A stretch of 61,572 nucleotides of DNA, the filler included, from Deltaproteobacteria bacterium (lineage in GTDB: Bacteria > JAEEML01): NCBI GenBank assembly GCA_016283195.1. It is 4 parts of 4 records of this genome, joined end to end, with 100 filler letters (N's around TTAATTAATTAA, not from the genome) between each part and the next. Parts side by side here need not be neighbours in the genome. Positions count along the whole stretch, not along the records: positions 1 to 5,960 come from JAEEML010000043.1; positions 6,061 to 24,392 come from JAEEML010000002.1; 2 more parts are not named here. One strand, 5' to 3'. Below the pieces are notes generated by a model. The model did not search any database. It had not been told where the DNA came from and saw only the letters and a list, made by a program, of their open reading frames with translations. Positions within the stretch are counted from its first letter, which is position 1. The number at the start of each line of letters is the position of its first letter. Positions 1 through 8,324 of this stretch are shown here, one piece after another. A program made the position numbers and the translations under genes.

Positions 1-102
1 TATGTGGAAGAGGCGGTGGAAAAAGAGGGCGGCAAGATGAATGAAACCCCTTTGAACCATTTGGAAGAGCTCTGGCAAGAGGCCAAAAAGAGCGGCTGCT
101 AA
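1..102 (+). CDS. mazG: C-terminus of MazG-family nucleoside triphosphate pyrophosphohydrolase (partial)
   Basis: Frame 1 reads YVEEAVEKEGGKMNETPLNHLEELWQEAKKSGC*, matching the typical MazG tail (vE...G..l....L..le.lW.eAK). Confidence 0.65.
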   Translation, partial: YVEEAVEKEGGKMNETPLNHLEELWQEAKKSGC

Positions 103-187
103 CTTTTATTATCTGCCTTATGCCTTAGATTGATATTGCGGCAATAGAGCTAATTGGGCTAAAGCGGCGGGTGAGCTTTAAACTTTG

Positions 188-859
188 TTACTCTCCGTTT
201 TCCTTATTAGGTTTGGCCCACAGCGCTCCGGCTTCTTTAAGAGCCTGCTCTATTTCCGGTGTAGAGGCAAATATCAGCGCCGTTTTCCCTTGATTATTTT
301 GGGCGTTAACCTCGGCGCCGGCGGTGATAAGGGCCTTTACTACGTCTAAATGCCCATTATAAGCGGCTAATATCAGCGCTGTGGTCCCCTCATTATCTTT
401 GGCATTAAGATCGGCCCTGGCGGCAATAAGGGCCTTTACTACGTCTAAATGCCCATTATAAGCGGCAAATATCAGCGCTGTGTTTCCCTTAGGACTTTGG
501 GCATTAACCTCGGCGCCGGCGGCAATAAGGGCCTTTACTACTTCTGTGTGCCCATTATAAGCGGCTAATATTAGCGCTGTGGTCCCTTCATTATCATTAT
601 CTTGGGCGTTAACATTGGCGCCGGCGGCAATGAGGCACTTTACCTCTTCAAGATTGCCCTTAGCGGCGGCTATCATGATGGCTTGTTGGATATCGGTATT
701 GGCATCCTGGCAATTATTTGGAGAGATATTAGCGGAATTATGGCTATTGCCCCGGAAGGTTCGGCAGCTTATTGGGAAGAGAAAGAGGCTTAGAGCCAGC
801 ATGGCATTAACGGTTATGGACATAAAGCGGAGCTTTGATGTGCTTTTTAAGCCGATCAT
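188..859 (-). CDS. Ankyrin repeat protein, probably exported or a lipoprotein
   Basis: About 5 canonical 33-aa repeats (G.TALI.AAYNGHLDVVKALIAAGA.VNA); hydrophobic N-terminus ending FPISC. Confidence 0.9.
   Translation of the reverse strand: MIGLKSTSKLRFMSITVNAMLALSLFLFPISCRTFRGNSHNSANISPNNCQDANTDIQQAIMIAAAKGNLEEVKCLIAAGANVNAQDNDNEGTTALILAAYNGHTEVVKALIAAGAEVNAQSPKGNTALIFAAYNGHLDVVKALIAARADLNAKDNEGTTALILAAYNGHLDVVKALITAGAEVNAQNNQGKTALIFASTPEIEQALKEAGALWAKPNKENGE
270..640 (-). repeat. 99-bp tandem repeats encoding the ankyrin units
   Basis: GGGCCTTTACTAC recurs at 331, 430 and 529, and the flanking DNA is nearly identical. Confidence 0.85.
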
Positions 860-894
860 AAAAATTCCTACATAGTTGGTGGTTGGTGCTAATT

Positions 895-1722
895 TTACGG
901 TAATTTAAAAATGCTTTCTGCTATTTCATCCAGCCAGGAGCCCTCGAAAAGCTCAATTTGCCCGGCATCGACGGTGGCAGCCAGCTTGGGATCGAGGGGA
1001 ATCTCGGCGGTGAGCGGAATGCCGTAGCGCACGGCTATTTCATCAATATGGCTCTCGCCGAAAATATGGTGCTCTTTGCCGCAATCCGGGCAGGTGAAGT
1101 AGCTCATATTCTCCACCAGAGCCAAAACCGGCACGCTCATCATTTCGGCCATGCGCACGGCTTTTTCTACAATCATGCCCACAAGCTCTTGCGGCGAGGC
1201 CACAATAACAATGCCGTCAATCGGAATGGACTGAAAGACGGTCAGCGGTACATCGCCGGTGCCCGGAGGCATATCGATAAACATGATATCCTGTTCGCCC
1301 CAGTGCACATCGGTCCAAAATTGCTTTACTGTGCCGGCCAGAATGGGACCGCGCCAAATTACCGGGTCGGTTTCGTGTTCCATCAGTAAATTGAGCGACA
1401 TGGTGGCAATGCCGGTATGGGTCATAACCGGTTCCATACCCATTTCGCCGCCGCCGACTTTTTCTTTAAGCCCAAAGGCTTTGGGAACTGAGGGGCCGGT
1501 TATATCGGCATCCATAATGGCGGTTTTTTTCTCGGCGCGCTGTGCCAAAACGGCCAGGAGTGAGGTAACAAGGCTTTTACCTACTCCGCCCTTGCCGCTC
1601 ACCACGGCAATGACTTTTTTCACTTTGCTAAATTCATTTAGCGGGGCCAAAAGCGCTGCCCGATCCTTAGAAGCGCAATTTTCGCCGCAACTGTCGCAAT
1701 GATGGGTACATTCTTCACTCAT
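895..1722 (-). CDS. mrp: Mrp/NBP35 (ApbC) Fe-S cluster carrier ATPase
   Basis: Deviant Walker A SGKGGVGKS, DADITGPS, PVIWRGP, DMPPGTGD, ENMSYFTCPDC; N-terminal Cys cluster CTHHCDSCGENC. Confidence 0.93.
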   Translation of the reverse strand: MSEECTHHCDSCGENCASKDRAALLAPLNEFSKVKKVIAVVSGKGGVGKSLVTSLLAVLAQRAEKKTAIMDADITGPSVPKAFGLKEKVGGGEMGMEPVMTHTGIATMSLNLLMEHETDPVIWRGPILAGTVKQFWTDVHWGEQDIMFIDMPPGTGDVPLTVFQSIPIDGIVIVASPQELVGMIVEKAVRMAEMMSVPVLALVENMSYFTCPDCGKEHHIFGESHIDEIAVRYGIPLTAEIPLDPKLAATVDAGQIELFEGSWLDEIAESIFKLP

Positions 1723-1758
1723 AATAGCTCCCTGATTTTATGGTTTTTTAGTGCAAAA

Positions 1759-3945
1759 TTATTTGCACCTTATGGTGGCAACTGTTTCCAGGCAATTTTG
1801 CTTAATTTGTTCTTGCTCGCCAGCGGTAAAGAGGCAGGTGGCAATTATTGTATTTTCCGGGCAGGCGACCAGTGTTTGCAAGGTATATAATAATACGCCG
1901 CCGTTAATTTCGCTTTGCCAGTGGCTGCTAAAAGCAGGAGTACCGGCGATTTCATGAGTTTTAGATGCCAAAAGTTTTACATTTTGGTAATTTTTATAGA
2001 GCGCTCCGGCTAGCTGATTTTCCAAATTTTTGGTGCTTTCCGGCGTAAAAAGCATTTTTTGCGCCGCTCTATTGACATTGATGGAATTTATATGGCCATC
2101 GGGAGTGACCGGGGCAATAAGCTGCACCAAAGCGGAACTGGTGCCGTTATATTGTCTCTTTACGCTGGGTGGCATATTATTTACTACATCGGGGGCCAGA
2201 GAGGGCGGTAGGACAAACCATTTTCTTGGAGCTAGCAGGCTAAATGAGTCAAAGTCCACCAGCCGTGATTCCTGATAAGGGGAAAGTAGACGGATATTTT
2301 CTTTTAATTCCAGTGAACTGATTAGATTTTCCAGCATACTTTCATAGCTTTGATTCGGCTCATTGTCCATAGGCGCCAGTAAAGTGGCCGAAAAGAGATT
2401 ATCGCCGCTGTTTATGAGTACGGCTATGAGCTTATTTCCCGCTGCATTGGCACTTTCTGCCTGGCTCCAAAGCCAGGTGGTGCGGTAACCGCCGATAAGG
2501 CGCTCTTTGGAGATTAAATTGCTTAATCCCAGTAACGAGGCCATGTGCTTAAATTTGCTTATGAAACCGGCTTTAACCGCCGCGGCAGAGATTGCCTGCG
2601 GGTTATATGGGGTTCTGCTCAAAGTGAGCCGGCCTTTTATGCCATTTTTGCTTTCGTTTAAGGTAAATTCCTGTATCCATGCCCCCGGCTCCTCCGCACC
2701 GCTATTTTTATTTTCTTGTACCTGCCAGGAGCTGGGCGGGGTAAAGGCCATATAGTCGCTGGCAATTTTGCCATTAATCGGGCCTAAAAAAGCATATTTG
2801 GGGCGCAAAACTGGCGGGTCGGTAAAGACTAGACTGGAAGCTGTTTCGGCACACTGTTTTTGGCCGATAGCAGTATTGGCCTCATGATATGTACACATAA
2901 AACAAGTGGCATATTTTCTGTTTAGCACATAAATAAGCTCTGTTTTGATATTGGAATTTTCGCTAAAGGAAAGGTTATTTATATTTATTTGCTTGAGGCC
3001 GTTAACCATATTGAGGCCGACAAGTTGGGGAGCCGATTTAGAATTTTTGGCAGCGCTTTCCACAATGCGCCCGCCAAGCTCTTTAAGGGCATCATCATCA
3101 TCGAGCGGTGATTCAAGATTTACTTTGGTGACGGTTATGACAAAGTTAGTATCCGGAGAAATAAGCGAAACATCTTCACTTGGATTATAAATACCGCGAA
3201 TAGCCGGCGGCAGGGCTAAAGAAGCCAAATAGTTTAAACCTTTGGGAATGCTGTACCAGTTTTTGGGAACTATAAAAGAATAATCGGCGGTTTTATATGT
3301 GCCGCCGGCCAAATAGGCTTCGGCTCCGGGTTTAGGCATTTTAAGAACCATGGAGCCGGCTACAGCCAGGCAGACGCTAGGAGCGCCCGGGGCAATTTTT
3401 GATTCACAAATGAGAGTGGTTAAAGCTCCTTCCGGCCAGTTAATAAAAATTTCTTCCAAAAGTGTGGGTTCGCCGTAAACTTTAGTGGTTTGGCCCTCAT
3501 TATCAATTTCCTTAGCCACTCTGGTATAACGGCTACTAAAGGCTATAGCCTCCCGTTCGCCGATGTTAAGCTCCTTTCCGCTAAGTAACTGATAATCCTG
3601 TAATGACTTATAATCATTGGCGTAATTTGAAATTAGCCCCTCTTTTAAAGTGGCAAAATCGCTAAAAACAGATTTCTCCTGCATATATATGTAAGCGCGG
3701 TTTTTACCCAACATATCGGCGGCGAGGAAAACAGTTTCCTGATTCTTTAAGTAAGATTTGAATTCTTCCGGTACCAGGTCTAAAGAAGTGCTATCGTAAA
3801 CTGTCCAGCCCCTGGGTAACGATAAATCGGCAAATGGGGTCTTAAGCGGCTTTTCGTTATCAAGCGGTAAGGCATTATTGTTAAGACAGCCGACCATTAG
3901 AGTCAGGGTGATCATAGCCAGGCAGTAAGCAAATTTTTGAAACAT
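1759..3945 (-). CDS. Lipoprotein with four tandem PsbP/DcrB-like domains (hypothetical)
   Basis: Lipobox MVGC; four roughly 170-190 aa units beginning LSLPRGW, FIVPKNW, FTPPSSW, LLAPRKW. Confidence 0.6.
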   Translation of the reverse strand: MFQKFAYCLAMITLTLMVGCLNNNALPLDNEKPLKTPFADLSLPRGWTVYDSTSLDLVPEEFKSYLKNQETVFLAADMLGKNRAYIYMQEKSVFSDFATLKEGLISNYANDYKSLQDYQLLSGKELNIGEREAIAFSSRYTRVAKEIDNEGQTTKVYGEPTLLEEIFINWPEGALTTLICESKIAPGAPSVCLAVAGSMVLKMPKPGAEAYLAGGTYKTADYSFIVPKNWYSIPKGLNYLASLALPPAIRGIYNPSEDVSLISPDTNFVITVTKVNLESPLDDDDALKELGGRIVESAAKNSKSAPQLVGLNMVNGLKQININNLSFSENSNIKTELIYVLNRKYATCFMCTYHEANTAIGQKQCAETASSLVFTDPPVLRPKYAFLGPINGKIASDYMAFTPPSSWQVQENKNSGAEEPGAWIQEFTLNESKNGIKGRLTLSRTPYNPQAISAAAVKAGFISKFKHMASLLGLSNLISKERLIGGYRTTWLWSQAESANAAGNKLIAVLINSGDNLFSATLLAPMDNEPNQSYESMLENLISSLELKENIRLLSPYQESRLVDFDSFSLLAPRKWFVLPPSLAPDVVNNMPPSVKRQYNGTSSALVQLIAPVTPDGHINSINVNRAAQKMLFTPESTKNLENQLAGALYKNYQNVKLLASKTHEIAGTPAFSSHWQSEINGGVLLYTLQTLVACPENTIIATCLFTAGEQEQIKQNCLETVATIRCK

Positions 3946-4151
3946 TATATACTCCGCAATCCGGCGTTATTTATGTCCTCTAGCTGCACGGACTTTAAGA
4001 ATTACCCGTACCGGGCGGCGCAAGGTTAGCATATTGCGCTTTATTCAGCCAGACTTTTTAGCTCATAAAAGTGCGCCAAAGATAGACAAGCAGACTATTG
4101 AACGGCTAAGTGTTAGGTGGTAAATGGCTTTTTCTAAAGGAGGGCATAAAG

Positions 4152-5033
4152 ATGGAAAGTAGTGCCCGGCTGGTTAAAAGAGTAACGATAAACGGCATTT
4201 TGGTTAATATAGCTCTGGCTGTAGCTAAAATCGTTGTTGGTTACCTTGCTTCTTCAAAGACTATGATAGCCGATGGTATTCACAGTTTTTCCGACCTTTT
4301 GACCGATGCCGTTTTGCTCATCGGAGTGAAATTTTGGAGTGCTCCGCCGGATAAAGAGCACCCTTACGGCCACGCCCGTTTTGAAACTTTGGTGACTGCT
4401 ATTATAGGCCTGTTTTTGGGAATTGTGGCGGTTCTTATAACCAAAGGCGCGCTAAGTAGCCTCTCGGCCGGCGAGCAGGTGGCAGCCAGAAGCGGCTATG
4501 GTTCAATTCTAGTGCTTTTACTGGCTATTGTGGCTAAAGAGCTGCTTTATCAATACACAACGCGGGCGGCGCAAAAAATTCATTCCAGCGCTTTAAAGGC
4601 CAATGCCTGGCACCATCGCAGCGATGCCATTTCTTCGGTGCCGGCGCTTCTGGCGGTGAGTATCAGCTATTGGCAACCTACTTGGTATTTTATTGATGCC
4701 GTTGGCGCTATTGTTGTCGGCGCTATGCTTTTAGTTGTAGCCGGGCGCATTACCAGCACGGCGCTTTCCGAACTTTTAGACCGCTGCCCGGAGGGCATTC
4801 AGGAGCTTTGTCATCTGGCCGAAGAAATTCCCGGTGTGGTTAATGCTCATGCGCTTAGAGCTCGCAAATTGGGTGCTGATTTGATAGTTGATCTCCATGT
4901 GGAGGTGGACCCGGAGATGACTGTGCGCGAGGGCCACGAAATAAGCACTGCCGTGGAGCGCCATTTGGTGGCTAGCCATAAGCAGGTAGCCGAAGTTATT
5001 GTGCATATCGAGCCGGCCGGTGAAGGCGATTAG
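4152..5033 (+). CDS. Cation diffusion facilitator (FieF-like) transporter
   Basis: ADGIHSFSD, HPYGHARFE, AWHHRSDA and a C-terminal dimerization domain ending VIVHIEP. Start placed at the ATG after GGAGGG. Confidence 0.92.
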   Translation: MESSARLVKRVTINGILVNIALAVAKIVVGYLASSKTMIADGIHSFSDLLTDAVLLIGVKFWSAPPDKEHPYGHARFETLVTAIIGLFLGIVAVLITKGALSSLSAGEQVAARSGYGSILVLLLAIVAKELLYQYTTRAAQKIHSSALKANAWHHRSDAISSVPALLAVSISYWQPTWYFIDAVGAIVVGAMLLVVAGRITSTALSELLDRCPEGIQELCHLAEEIPGVVNAHALRARKLGADLIVDLHVEVDPEMTVREGHEISTAVERHLVASHKQVAEVIVHIEPAGEGD

Positions 5034-5044
5034 AGGAGCAGGGC

Positions 5045-5512
5045 ATGACCATGTATATAACTACTCAGGGCTTCAATGTTTTAGCTGCTGAATATAATCA
5101 CTTAAAAAGTGTTGAGCGGCCTAAAGTGGTTAACGAAGTGGCTGAGGCGGCAGCTCTTGGAGACAGGAGCGAAAATGCCGAATATATTTATGGTAAAAGG
5201 CGCCTTAGGCAAATAGATAGCCGGATGCGCTATTTGGATAAGGTTTTTAGCGAGCTGGAAGTGATTAATCCGGCCACTCCGCGCGGGGAAAAGGTTTTTT
5301 TCGGGGCCACGGTTACTCTTTATGACGAAGATCAGGATGCCGAAACAACCTACCAGATAGTTGGCCCCATGGATACTTTGGACGATATACACATCAGCTA
5401 TTTGTCGCCGGTGGGTAAGGCCTTATTGGGGCGCTCTCTCGATGATACCATTACCGTGAGGACGCCCAAAGAGGTGCGGCACCTGACAATCAGTGAAATA
5501 AAATACATTTAG
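5045..5512 (+). CDS. greB: Transcription elongation factor GreB
   Basis: AAALGDRSENAEYIYGKRRLRQIDSRMRYL; ISYLSPVGKALLG. Confidence 0.92.
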   Translation: MTMYITTQGFNVLAAEYNHLKSVERPKVVNEVAEAAALGDRSENAEYIYGKRRLRQIDSRMRYLDKVFSELEVINPATPRGEKVFFGATVTLYDEDQDAETTYQIVGPMDTLDDIHISYLSPVGKALLGRSLDDTITVRTPKEVRHLTISEIKYI

Positions 5513-5598
5513 CAGCGGCTTAGTTTATTGCGCAGTGGCCAAATATTGGGTAGATTCAGCGTTGCATGTGTTGGACCGCTGCGTTAATGAAGATTATG

Positions 5599-5757
5599 AG
5601 TTACAACTATTTCGGGTCTTACGCCTTCTTCTGGTCAAGTACGGAGTACTTTAGTTCCCTCGCATACTACCTGATCGTGGGTAGCAGCAGTGCCGACATG
5701 AACTACAGCAGCAAGACGTACGGCTACTCGGTTCGCTGCCTCAAGGACTTAAACTGA
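5599..5757 (+). pseudogene. Orphan FISUMP (Fib_succ_major) C-terminal segment resembling a DGR variable region
   Basis: Encodes SYNYFGSYAFFWSSTEY...AYYL.V...N..SKTYGYSVRCLKD; 29 of 52 codons end in C; no upstream FISUMP N-terminal part. Confidence 0.75.
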
Positions 5758-5768
5758 GGGCTACCTCA
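5755..5768 (+). other. Short hairpin overlapping the VR-like stop codon
   Basis: TGAGG-GCTA-CCTCA: 5-bp stem with a GNNA loop. Confidence 0.5.
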
Positions 5769-5776
5769 CCCGGTCA

Positions 5777-5848
5777 CCTGACACACTTTGGCACACTTTT
5801 GACACACCTGACACACTTTTGACACACTTTTGACACACTTTGTCAAAA
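5777..5848 (+). repeat. About six 9-11 bp GACACACTTTT-type direct repeats ending in an inverted repeat
   Basis: GACACACTTT, GGCACACTTTT, GACACACCT, then GACACACTTT three times; TTTTGACA-CACTT-TGTCAAAA at 5828-5848. Confidence 0.9.
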
Positions 5849-5905
5849 CAGTGCGAAACACATTAAAGACTCATAATTACAACTTGTTATATGTCTTTTG
5901 AGCTT

Positions 5906-5921
5906 TGGCACGCAATTTGCA
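5906..5921 (+). promoter_or_regulatory. Sigma-54 (-24/-12) promoter
   Basis: TGGCACG-CAAT-TTGCA is an exact consensus match. IHF-like TTACAACTTGTTA lies upstream and RBS AAGGAG at 5953-5958. Confidence 0.8.
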
Positions 5922-5960
5922 TTCAGATGGGCCGGTCAGACTATCTGGCAAAAAGGAGCA

Positions 5961-6060
5961 NNNNNNNNNNNNNNNNNNNNNNNNNNNNNNNNNNNNNNNN
6001 NNNNTTAATTAATTAANNNNNNNNNNNNNNNNNNNNNNNNNNNNNNNNNNNNNNNNNNNN
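5961..6060. other. Artificial contig linker
   Basis: N-run containing TTAATTAATTAA, which places stops in all frames. Confidence 0.97.
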
Positions 6061-7677
6061 GCGGCCGCCCTTAAGGCCGCCCTGGGCAGCGCCCCGCCAA
6101 TTACCGCTACTGAGGCGGAGGCGCTGAAATTTGTTTATAACCGCGCCCCCGGCCCCGGCTATTTAAAGGGCATAAACCACGCGGCCTTGGTGAGCGGCAC
6201 TATCAGCTCTTTTCAGGGACTTATCATCGGAAAGCTTTTGGCCATAGAGCCCCACGCCCTCTATGTAGCGGCCAAAGACGGGGCCCAAAACAGCCAAGTT
6301 TATAAGCTTAAAGCCGGCGACGGCCTGGCTATCGGCTGCCCCGGGGGCGCGGTGAATTATGATGAATGGGCCCAGGGCGGCCGCCTCTATAATATGGAAT
6401 CCTGCCGCTATAAAGGCATAGAGGCACTAAAGCTCACCATCGGCCCGGAGCGGCTTAATCCGGCCAAATTCAAAACCGGGCTTATTGTTTATAAAAATTA
6501 TGATAATGATTTGGCTAAAGAGCTGGAAAAAGCCCTAAAACGGCGGCCGCAGGTTTTTAGCCCCTATACTCTATCCGCCGACCTCACTCTTATCGACCTT
6601 AAAGCCGGCTTAAACTGGCAACTATCAGGCGCTGACGGCCGGCCTTTGGCTGATTTTAGGCAGGATCTCTCAGAGGCTATAGACCAAAATAGCGCCATCA
6701 CTACAGAAATTCTGGCCAAATATCTGGGCCGCCTGGGCGAGACGCCCTTTCGGCTGGGCCCGGTAACTCTTAGCCAAAACGGCCGGGAAGTCAGCGCGCT
6801 GCCGCTGGCTCTTCCCCCCAGCAGACTAAACAATTTGCGCCGGGAAGCGAGCGCCTATTTTGCCCCCTTCTGCCGCCAAGTTCCCAAAAATCAGGCGGCC
6901 AAGGAGTTTTGGCCAAATATAGAGCTAATAGCGCCGAAGGCCAGGAGCCTCTCCGTACTGCTCCGCACCGGCGAACAAGTGCAAGCTCTTTGGGCCGCGC
7001 CGGCAGTAAGTAAGCTAAACATTATTTATTTAGACCTACCGAGCCGGGAATTAGCCGATCTCCTGCCGCTATTAAAGGCGGCCGGCCGCCCCTTTGGGCT
7101 GGCACTGCCCTATATTGAGCTGCCAGGCGATCCTCTTTTTGAGAAAATCCTCGCCTATCAGCCTGAGGCTCTTTTGGTGCGTACTTTAGGCGAGCTTAAA
7201 AAGCTCAAAGATTACCCGGGCCTCCTAGTTGGTGACAGCTCACTGAATGCCAGTAGCTGCCCGGCAGCGGCGCATCTGTTGGCGGCCGGCCTCAGCCGCG
7301 ATACACCAGGCTGGGAGCTTTTAGACTCCGGCGCGGCCCTCCCGGGCGAGAGGAGCTCCCGGCTCGAGCAGCTTATTTATACACACCGCCCGCTAATGGT
7401 CACCCGCCACTGCCTACTGGCCGCCGGGAGCGGCCGCGAGAATTGCCAAACTTGCCAAAATCATGGGCAAAACCGGGCATTTCTCAAGCTGTGGCCGGCG
7501 GATAAAAAGCCGCCCATGCTCTTACGCACAATTTGCGGGCAATATAGTGTTCTCTATAGCCAAAAAGCGGAAACTTTTGCCCCTATGGCTTCCGGCCCCG
7601 GTTTTTACCGCCTGGAGTTTTTGCAGGAAAACGAGGCGGAATTACTGCAAGTTATAGACAATTATCTAAAATTGTAG
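6061..7677 (+). CDS. U32 peptidase family / DUF3656 protein (RlhA-like), 5' partial
   Basis: Open from the gap; YNR..GPGYL.GINH, LGRLGETPF, LPPSRLNNLRR, RPLMVTRHC. Confidence 0.8.
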   Translation, partial: AAALKAALGSAPPITATEAEALKFVYNRAPGPGYLKGINHAALVSGTISSFQGLIIGKLLAIEPHALYVAAKDGAQNSQVYKLKAGDGLAIGCPGGAVNYDEWAQGGRLYNMESCRYKGIEALKLTIGPERLNPAKFKTGLIVYKNYDNDLAKELEKALKRRPQVFSPYTLSADLTLIDLKAGLNWQLSGADGRPLADFRQDLSEAIDQNSAITTEILAKYLGRLGETPFRLGPVTLSQNGREVSALPLALPPSRLNNLRREASAYFAPFCRQVPKNQAAKEFWPNIELIAPKARSLSVLLRTGEQVQALWAAPAVSKLNIIYLDLPSRELADLLPLLKAAGRPFGLALPYIELPGDPLFEKILAYQPEALLVRTLGELKKLKDYPGLLVGDSSLNASSCPAAAHLLAAGLSRDTPGWELLDSGAALPGERSSRLEQLIYTHRPLMVTRHCLLAAGSGRENCQTCQNHGQNRAFLKLWPADKKPPMLLRTICGQYSVLYSQKAETFAPMASGPGFYRLEFLQENEAELLQVIDNYLKL

Positions 7678-7771
7678 AAACGTAAAATCTTACGTTTCAT
7701 AAATCCGTAGAGGGGCTATACATCCGTAGAGGTAATGGAAATCCGTAAAGGCGTAAAATTTTACGCCCCAC
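7674..7771. repeat. GTAG-type REP-like palindrome cluster between convergent genes
   Basis: GTAGAAACGTAAAATCTTACGTTTC and GGCGTAAAATTTTACGCC palindromes; ATCCGTA(G/A)AGG at 7703, 7722 and 7741. Confidence 0.65.
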
Positions 7772-7775
7772 ATAT

Positions 7776-8204
7776 TTATGAGCGCAGGTATTTATCTATT
7801 TCGGCCAGAGCTTCGATATTCTTTACATGGGACAGGGAATCCATAAAGGCATCAACCATATAATCACGGATTTTCTCCGCATCTTTCACATCCAAATCGG
7901 CTGCTAATTTGGCTATCAGATCTTTTTCGGCTGCGCTGATTTTTCTGTCGGCCAAAACCACCATCCAGCAGCCTTCCAAAAGCATAATGCGCTCATCGGC
8001 ACCTAAAACGGCTTTAGCACCGGCCACATCAAAATCTTTAGCTGCTAGGCTGGCAAAATTCTCTTTGGTATCGATGGCAGTTAAAAAATCGGTAATCAGC
8101 GCTTTCTCCCGCTCGTCAACACCATCGCATGAGGCAACTTTTACCATGGCATGGGCAATAACAACTGCCTGCTCGTCATTAATCTCTTTCTCGGTAAGTA
8201 ACAT
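7776..8204 (-). CDS. TerB-family (tellurite resistance-like) protein
   Basis: VASCDGVDEREKALI and VVLADRKISAAEKDLI, the duplicated TerB-type motifs. Confidence 0.75.
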   Translation of the reverse strand: MLLTEKEINDEQAVVIAHAMVKVASCDGVDEREKALITDFLTAIDTKENFASLAAKDFDVAGAKAVLGADERIMLLEGCWMVVLADRKISAAEKDLIAKLAADLDVKDAEKIRDYMVDAFMDSLSHVKNIEALAEIDKYLRS

Positions 8205-8324
8205 TCTAATCCTCCAAGGTAGAACAAATTCCGGTGCCTACCATACAACACGAGCCGCATATTGGGAAGTCCCAATATGCGGCTCGCGAAAAAAAGCTAC
8301 CAGCTATAGCTATAAGCTATTGGC

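Noticed and set aside
5566-5598. N-terminal part of the 63-aa ORF as a real gene start
   Set aside because: MCWTAALMKIM has no FISUMP similarity, no signal peptide and no clear RBS.
5599-5757. Segment as the DGR template repeat
   Set aside because: Only three AAC codons; positions expected to be Asn hold Tyr, Ser or Phe, which fits a mutated VR rather than a template. No RT is nearby.
5777-5848. Repeats as a CRISPR array
   Set aside because: Units are 9-11 bp and contiguous, with no spacers.
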